Assembly (NCBI GenBank): GCA_046758365.1
Contig: JBHIAC010000116.1
Coordinates: 1-10,609 of the forward strand
DNA length: 10,609 nucleotides
From: a bacterium
Lineage (GTDB): Bacteria; Zhuqueibacterota; Zhuqueibacteria; Oceanimicrobiales; Oceanimicrobiaceae
Direction of reading: 5' to 3'
In this document: positions 5,844 through 10,609 of the stretch, in pieces
Numbering within the stretch: the stretch's first letter is position 1
Layout of the letters: each line of letters starts with the position of its first letter
Position numbers and translations under genes: made by a program
Notes under the pieces: model-generated
Told to the model about the DNA's origin: nothing
Databases searched by the model: none
What the model saw: only the letters and a program-made list of their open reading frames with translations

Positions 5844-7889
5844 ATGAATCAGATTACTCAACTCAGCGATCTGCAAATTTCAATTATGTTAATATTATGG
5901 CAGCGTAAGGAAGCGACAGTTGCACAGATTCATTCCGATTTACAAAACCAACGTCCTTTAGCGATGACAACCGTAGCAACCGTGTTATCCAGATTAGAAA
6001 GGCGAGGATTAATCGCTCATAGAAGTGAGGGGAGACAGTATATTTATCGCCCATTAATTTCTGAGAATGAGACTCGCAAATCTATTAAACACAAATTTAA
6101 GGAGTGTATTGTGCTTATGATAAAAAAAGCTTTTATCTTTAGTGCTATTTGTGCATGTTTATTCCTTAGTTGTAGTTTAACAACAAGTAGTACAAGTAAT
6201 TTGAAACAAAATGAAATCGTTCATGGAGAACTTGGCGCAAAAATCAATGAATACATGAGCCGAATTACGGCCTTTGGATTCTCTGGGGCCTTACTCGTTG
6301 CCAAAGAGGGTGAAATAATTCTGCAAAAGGGTTATGGGCTTGCCGATAGGGCACGTAATCTGCCGGTTACCACTGAATCAGTTTTTACCATCGGTTCTAT
6401 TACCAAGCAATTTACAGGAACTGCGATTTTGAAACTTGAGATGCAAGGTAAACTTAGTGTCAATGATCCTATTAGCGAATTTTTTAATAATGTTCCTCAA
6501 GACAAAGCAAATATCACAATACATCATTTGCTTACTCACAGTGCCGGACTCGAATCGGACTATGGCAACAGCGATTTCGAAGAGGTATCACGAGACGAGA
6601 TTATTAGACGGGTTCTAAATGCAGAGTTAAGGTCGAAGCCCGGTGAACGGTATCATTATTCAAACGCTGGTTATAGTCTACTTGGGGCGATCATTGAAAT
6701 CACTTCTGGTCAATCTTATGAAGCTTATTTAAACGAGCACCTCTTTAAGCCTGCTGGAATGTCGAAAAGTGGTTATTTAATTCCAAAATGGAATCCAGAT
6801 GATATCGCGCAAGGCTATGTAGGCGAAAAGCACTGGGGTACAGTCCTCGAACGGCCGTGGGCCTCGGATGGCCCTTATTGGAATTTGCGAGCCAATGGTG
6901 GCATCCACTCCACTATTGTTGATATGTACAAATGGCACCTGGCTCTCGAAGGCGAAGCTGTGCTATCAAAAGAAGCCAAACACAAGCTGTTTGCTTCACA
7001 TATCCCTGAAGATGAAGAAGGCAGTTCTTATTACGGTTATGGTTGGGCGATTTTCAAAACCGACCGCGGCACCAAGCTCATCGCTCACAATGGGGGAAAC
7101 GGGATTTTCTTTGCAGACTTTCGCCGTTATGTCGATGAAGATGTGGTCATCATCATCATGTCAAATGTCGCAGATTCACCAGCAGAATATGTCAGCCCCA
7201 ATATTGCTCGAATCGTCTTTGGTTTAGAATATACACTGCCGCCTAAGATTACTAAGATAGATTACGCTGCTCTAACAAAATATGAAGGGAGGTATCGTTT
7301 ACCATCAGGAGCTAAAATAAAAGTATCTTCCAGTCATGGAAGCCTTATGCTTGCTGGGGAGGACCAAGATGCGTTTAGTTTGCTGGCTTCTGGGGATCTG
7401 GGCGACCAGAAGCTTTTCAACGAACTGAACGTTCGAACCACAATTATACTTAAAAAAAGATCTGAAGGGGATTACAGACCTTTACACGAAGCATTCGGCG
7501 GTCGTTTATCGTTAAACCAAATTGAATCCATGGCCAAAGAGACTTGGCAGGAATTGCAGGAGAATTATGGAACTTTTAACAGTTTTAAGGTACTCGGTAC
7601 GACATCCGGTAGAGGGAGACGCGCAATCACTTCGGTTCAGCTTGATTTCGAGCATGGTTCTGAAATTATACAGTATATATGGATAGGGGACATGCTTAGA
7701 GGCATTCGTTTTGCGGATTCACCTCCTAAGAATGTATTTTGGCCGCAGTCAAAAACCGATTTTGCCTCTTTCAGTTTGATGTCTCCCAATATTGTCCATA
7801 TCAGTTTTGAAATCGATAACAACGGTTCCGTAAAAGGTCTGACCGTGCATGGTAAGCGTGACAATGTCTTTGCCAAAATAGAAAAGTAA
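5844..7889 (+). CDS. BlaI/MecI/CopY winged-helix domain fused in frame to a beta-lactamase-family (class C-like) serine hydrolase
   Basis: Residues 1 to ~80 are BlaI-like (LSDLQISIMLILW, LAMTTVATVLSRLERRG, EGRQYIYRP). The hydrolase has S185-I-T-K188, LLTHSAG, Y272-S-N and HNG, plus a C-terminal extension. No stop between the two parts. Confidence 0.85.
   Translation: MNQITQLSDLQISIMLILWQRKEATVAQIHSDLQNQRPLAMTTVATVLSRLERRGLIAHRSEGRQYIYRPLISENETRKSIKHKFKECIVLMIKKAFIFSAICACLFLSCSLTTSSTSNLKQNEIVHGELGAKINEYMSRITAFGFSGALLVAKEGEIILQKGYGLADRARNLPVTTESVFTIGSITKQFTGTAILKLEMQGKLSVNDPISEFFNNVPQDKANITIHHLLTHSAGLESDYGNSDFEEVSRDEIIRRVLNAELRSKPGERYHYSNAGYSLLGAIIEITSGQSYEAYLNEHLFKPAGMSKSGYLIPKWNPDDIAQGYVGEKHWGTVLERPWASDGPYWNLRANGGIHSTIVDMYKWHLALEGEAVLSKEAKHKLFASHIPEDEEGSSYYGYGWAIFKTDRGTKLIAHNGGNGIFFADFRRYVDEDVVIIIMSNVADSPAEYVSPNIARIVFGLEYTLPPKITKIDYAALTKYEGRYRLPSGAKIKVSSSHGSLMLAGEDQDAFSLLASGDLGDQKLFNELNVRTTIILKKRSEGDYRPLHEAFGGRLSLNQIESMAKETWQELQENYGTFNSFKVLGTTSGRGRRAITSVQLDFEHGSEIIQYIWIGDMLRGIRFADSPPKNVFWPQSKTDFASFSLMSPNIVHISFEIDNNGSVKGLTVHGKRDNVFAKIEK
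6111..7889 (+). CDS. Probable independently translated lipoprotein form of the serine hydrolase (internal start GTG 6111 or ATG 6117)
   Basis: AAGGAG at 6099-6104 lies 6 nt before an in-frame GTG. It is followed by a basic-hydrophobic-Cys signal, (M)LMIKKAFIFSAICACLFLS-C, and a Ser/Thr-rich linker. Confidence 0.7.
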   Translation: MLMIKKAFIFSAICACLFLSCSLTTSSTSNLKQNEIVHGELGAKINEYMSRITAFGFSGALLVAKEGEIILQKGYGLADRARNLPVTTESVFTIGSITKQFTGTAILKLEMQGKLSVNDPISEFFNNVPQDKANITIHHLLTHSAGLESDYGNSDFEEVSRDEIIRRVLNAELRSKPGERYHYSNAGYSLLGAIIEITSGQSYEAYLNEHLFKPAGMSKSGYLIPKWNPDDIAQGYVGEKHWGTVLERPWASDGPYWNLRANGGIHSTIVDMYKWHLALEGEAVLSKEAKHKLFASHIPEDEEGSSYYGYGWAIFKTDRGTKLIAHNGGNGIFFADFRRYVDEDVVIIIMSNVADSPAEYVSPNIARIVFGLEYTLPPKITKIDYAALTKYEGRYRLPSGAKIKVSSSHGSLMLAGEDQDAFSLLASGDLGDQKLFNELNVRTTIILKKRSEGDYRPLHEAFGGRLSLNQIESMAKETWQELQENYGTFNSFKVLGTTSGRGRRAITSVQLDFEHGSEIIQYIWIGDMLRGIRFADSPPKNVFWPQSKTDFASFSLMSPNIVHISFEIDNNGSVKGLTVHGKRDNVFAKIEK

Positions 7890-7897
7890 TAGTCACT

Positions 7898-8431
7898 TTA
7901 AATAATCTGTGAAATTTCATCTATTGCATTTGCATAAATTTGCGCAAAGCCTTCTAAATCATTTTGAGCTTTGGCAAGATCATCATCATTATCAATAAAA
8001 AATGGTTCAGCAATAACACAGGGAGCATTTGTATATTTTAGAAGATAACCACCTCGATCTTCGCTAGTTCTTGGCTTAATTCCTCGATCTGGTAGTTTTA
8101 GAAATTCTAATAAGTGTTTTTGTAAAACTTCTGCAATTTTCTTGCCGTTTTCTGATTTATAGTAATAAAGTACCTCTGTACCCGAGGCTTTTTGATTAAA
8201 AGCATTACAGTGTAGACTCACTATGAATTCGGGATTAATTGCGTTAATATCATCTGGCAGTTCCTTATAGGTTCTTCTGTAGACTCTCTGAATATCTGTG
8301 TTAACGACTTTCTTTTCAATATGAAAGGATAAAAAATCATTGAACTCGAATTCTGTTAAATTTTGACTTTCATTTACAGCTCCGGGTGAACTTTTTTTGT
8401 GACCGATCACTAAAGCGCAAAGTTTACTCAT
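7898..8431 (-). CDS. N-acetylmuramoyl-L-alanine amidase (Amidase_3), catalytic domain only
   Basis: Zn-ligand motifs VIGH, TEFEFN and SLHCNA, plus ASGTEV and catalytic IAEPFF. RBS AGGAGG. No signal peptide or cell-wall-binding domain. Confidence 0.92.
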   Translation of the reverse strand: MSKLCALVIGHKKSSPGAVNESQNLTEFEFNDFLSFHIEKKVVNTDIQRVYRRTYKELPDDINAINPEFIVSLHCNAFNQKASGTEVLYYYKSENGKKIAEVLQKHLLEFLKLPDRGIKPRTSEDRGGYLLKYTNAPCVIAEPFFIDNDDDLAKAQNDLEGFAQIYANAIDEISQII

Positions 8432-8515
8432 TTTGGTTCATCCTCCTATTTAAAAGTTAATGATTTTATACTATGCATTTTAACTCCGGGTAGATAACAA
8501 TTTACAGTCTTATTG

Positions 8516-8605
8516 AACTAACGCCACTATCTGGGTTGCCGGGGAATGGATCTCTAGACATTAAATCCCCGCGCATTTCCAGTCTGCACCAACGAGTTGT
8601 TTTGC
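8516..8605 (-). other. Degenerate attC-like hairpin (90 bp)
   Basis: Minus strand: GCAAAAC-AACTC-GTTGGTGC-AGACTGG ... CCAGATA-GTGGC-GTTAGTT. It is bounded by AAC and GTT, with an internal imperfect stem (CTGG/CCAG, CGGGGA/TCCCCG). It deviates from RYYYAAC/GTTRRRY and lacks a matching L' box. Confidence 0.45.
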
Positions 8606-8654
8606 TGCCAATTTCCTTCTCAGCTTCATGAACCAGGTATGAGAAAACGAACGC

Positions 8655-9056
8655 TTAGTCAGGTAACCACCCTTGCGTAACAATCTCCCTGACACCAACG
8701 GTCAAGGTACCTACGGCTAACATTGAGAATACAATCAGCATCGGGCCAAACCAATAAACAATTACTGCTCCAAGAACACATCCAGTCAATGGCCAGATCA
8801 GAATTCGGAGAAATGATGTTTTTTCTCTTCTAATCAATCGATTAAAATAATGAATCCCTATTGCGAATCCGACGGCTGTAATAATTGGTGCTAATAACCA
8901 AAGCAAGACTTCAATTAAACCGGTATGCGTAGGCAAAGATAGCAGAAATGCTGTCATCCAGACCAAATAGAAAAGACCACCGAATAAAAGCGATGTAAAA
9001 GTTCGAATAATCGATTCCCATATCGATCCGCGCAAACCTATTAGGGCACTATTCAT
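8655..9056 (-). CDS. Hypothetical integral membrane protein (about 4 TM helices)
   Basis: 133-aa ORF with four hydrophobic segments and a basic loop (RLIRREK). No recognisable motif, and the start codon is uncertain. Confidence 0.7.
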   Translation of the reverse strand: MNSALIGLRGSIWESIIRTFTSLLFGGLFYLVWMTAFLLSLPTHTGLIEVLLWLLAPIITAVGFAIGIHYFNRLIRREKTSFLRILIWPLTGCVLGAVIVYWFGPMLIVFSMLAVGTLTVGVREIVTQGWLPD

Positions 9057-9161
9057 TTAAAATTTATGTCATAGTTACAAAGAGATCAGAGTATTGGCAG
9101 CACAGCTAAAGATTACTTGAAACACCGTCCTCTGCTCAACTAAATGTCTTTATTAGAACCA

Positions 9162-9779
9162 TTATTTACAATGACTTATTATCTGATAAGCAGACTTAAT
9201 ATCTTCTGCTATCATTTTCCTTTTTGATTTCTCAATAAGAAAATTTTTACCCGTCAAAATATAAGAAGGAAAAACACGATTATGTTTATAATAGTATGGA
9301 TCCTTTCTAATTTTATAGGTAGAGCCACTTGGAATTACTATTTCTTTAAATTGTCGTTTTGACATGTAATTCAGTGCCTTTATTGCAACATCTCCATTTA
9401 GAATAATAACTTTTAAATTTGGAAACAAACCTATTTCCTTTTCTAATATTTTTGAACAATTATCAATTGTTTTTGAAGAGATTGAATATCCTGTCTTTCC
9501 GCATTTTACAGCAGTAGTAATATAAATCCCAGAATTTAAAATATCACTGATAGAAGTAAAATTTAATCCTGCATCATTGAATGCCTGTAACGTTGTTTGG
9601 AGATAAAACGGATCATCGAATGAGTAAAAATATTCATTCGAATTTTGTGGGGGCACTTCTGAAATCATTACCATTCGAATTGTTTTGGGATCAATATCTA
9701 TATCTGGAACCAGGTAACAGTCTTTTGCTATATCATTACATGGAAAATCATTACATCCAATAGCGTTGTTAATTCTCAC
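9162..9779 (-). CDS. Uracil-DNA glycosylase-like superfamily protein
   Basis: MVMISEVPP (GEAP-like motif A), YITTAVKC and LKVIILNGDVA. Four Cys (CNDFPC, KC, NCS) could bind a metal or Fe-S cluster. GTG start. Confidence 0.8.
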   Translation of the reverse strand: MRINNAIGCNDFPCNDIAKDCYLVPDIDIDPKTIRMVMISEVPPQNSNEYFYSFDDPFYLQTTLQAFNDAGLNFTSISDILNSGIYITTAVKCGKTGYSISSKTIDNCSKILEKEIGLFPNLKVIILNGDVAIKALNYMSKRQFKEIVIPSGSTYKIRKDPYYYKHNRVFPSYILTGKNFLIEKSKRKMIAEDIKSAYQIISHCK

Positions 9780-9866
9780 TTTACTCTCTCTTTCTTTTCA
9801 GTAGAGGTGCGGATACACAAACCACCTCGGTTGAGAACATGTGTATAAACTATGGTCGTGAATTAA

Positions 9867-9895
9867 AGTATAATAAGAGGATTGAAAGAAGTCAA
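9867..9895 (-). promoter_or_regulatory. Sigma70-type promoter facing the UDG-like, membrane protein and amidase genes
   Basis: TTGACT (9895-9890), 17-nt spacer, TATACT (9872-9867): 5/6 match in both boxes with optimal spacing. Confidence 0.7.
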
Positions 9896-9910
9896 GTAAA
9901 ATTTTACTTG
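9893..9910. promoter_or_regulatory. Perfect 18-bp palindrome overlapping the -35 box (candidate operator)
   Basis: CAAGTAAAATTTTACTTG is its own reverse complement. Confidence 0.55.
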
Positions 9911-10018
9911 TATAATAAAAGCTGGTTATGTAGTAAAATTGTTAATCAAAAATGGCTCTTTACCTTCTTTCCTAAGGTGGGATATACCATTTAATGTCGG
10001 TCAGATTAGTATTATCAG

Positions 10019-10387
10019 TTACGAAGAAACTTTAGAATGTAATACTACTTCAATAGTATTTTTAAGTTCTGCCAAGTCAGTAGATTTAATTAGAAATGCA
10101 TCCGCTGTCCAGGAGTGAAAATCCATTTTGTAATTTGGATAGGCTGTATTTATTATCACTTTAAGATTCCGTTTAGTATTCAAAAAATGCTGCAAGTATT
10201 CAAATCCTGAACCATCTGGAAGTTCTAATTCAAGCACCACTAAATCCACTGGTTCATTTTTTAATATTTCTAAAGCTCTTTGGCCGGCACCGGCTGTGAA
10301 CACATCGTACCCCGCTTCCTCAAGTTTCATCTGGTATAGACTCCTCAATTTTTCTTCATCTTCAACAACTAATATTTTTTCACCCAT
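10019..10387 (-). CDS. Single-domain response regulator receiver (CheY-like), atypical with Glu at the phospho-acceptor position
   Basis: KILVVEDE, DLVVLE, VIINTAY and AFLIKS. AAGGAG (10401-10396) lies 8 nt before ATG 10387, so that start is preferred to the track's 10396 (122 aa). Confidence 0.9.
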   Translation of the reverse strand: MGEKILVVEDEEKLRSLYQMKLEEAGYDVFTAGAGQRALEILKNEPVDLVVLELELPDGSGFEYLQHFLNTKRNLKVIINTAYPNYKMDFHSWTADAFLIKSTDLAELKNTIEVVLHSKVSS

Positions 10388-10561
10388 GTTCACCACTCCT
10401 TATCAAAAAAGTATCTTATTAATCGGATATAAAATATAAATTTTTTAGGTCAATACAAAGGGAAATTACACACTTTTAACAAATAATTTCATGTATGATG
10501 GAGGTCCCTCGTGTAAAGGATATGCTTTTACTAACGGAATTTGTTGTCTTATCCAGATATT

Positions 10562-10583
10562 AATTTAGATTGAAATCTAAATT
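10562..10583. promoter_or_regulatory. 10-bp inverted repeat with 2-nt spacer (candidate protein-binding site)
   Basis: AATTTAGATT-GA-AATCTAAATT in the intergenic region upstream of the receiver gene. AT-rich. Confidence 0.35.
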
Positions 10584-10609
10584 TTAATTTACCTTTTGAG
10601 AGATATTTC

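Noticed and set aside
6436..9763. Track ORFs 6436-6618, 6868-7227, 7637-7876 and 9581-9763
   Set aside because: Shadows of the serine hydrolase and UDG-like genes.
9804..9838. Hairpin GAGGTG...CACCTC as a terminator, attC or attI
   Set aside because: No U-tract on either strand and no properly placed GTT core. It may be a 5' UTR structure, but I cannot support a call.

Overview
Bacterial, AT-rich chromosomal window. The left end is a minus-strand respiratory cluster: an uncharacterised radical SAM gene, then coxB, then the 5' part of a type A coxA that runs off the window edge and is missing from the ORF track. The middle (about 2.9-5.6 kb) is a decayed zone. It holds a 3'-truncated SDR, an intact HAD hydrolase, a 5'-truncated sorbosone/PQQ sugar dehydrogenase, a 161-bp MITE-like element with a nested REP-like doublet, and a frameshifted membrane hydrolase fragment. 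Next is a single plus-strand ORF joining a BlaI/MecI DNA-binding domain in frame to a lipoprotein-signal serine hydrolase of the beta-lactamase family. It has a BlaI-type operator upstream and an internal RBS. The right end is a minus-strand run of unrelated genes (UDG-like, membrane protein, Amidase_3) behind a strong sigma70-like promoter and separated by degenerate attC-like hairpins, followed by a single-domain receiver with Glu at the phospho-acceptor position. No rRNA, tRNA, CRISPR array, integrase or transposase gene was seen. All family assignments come from motif recognition by eye, not from database searches.
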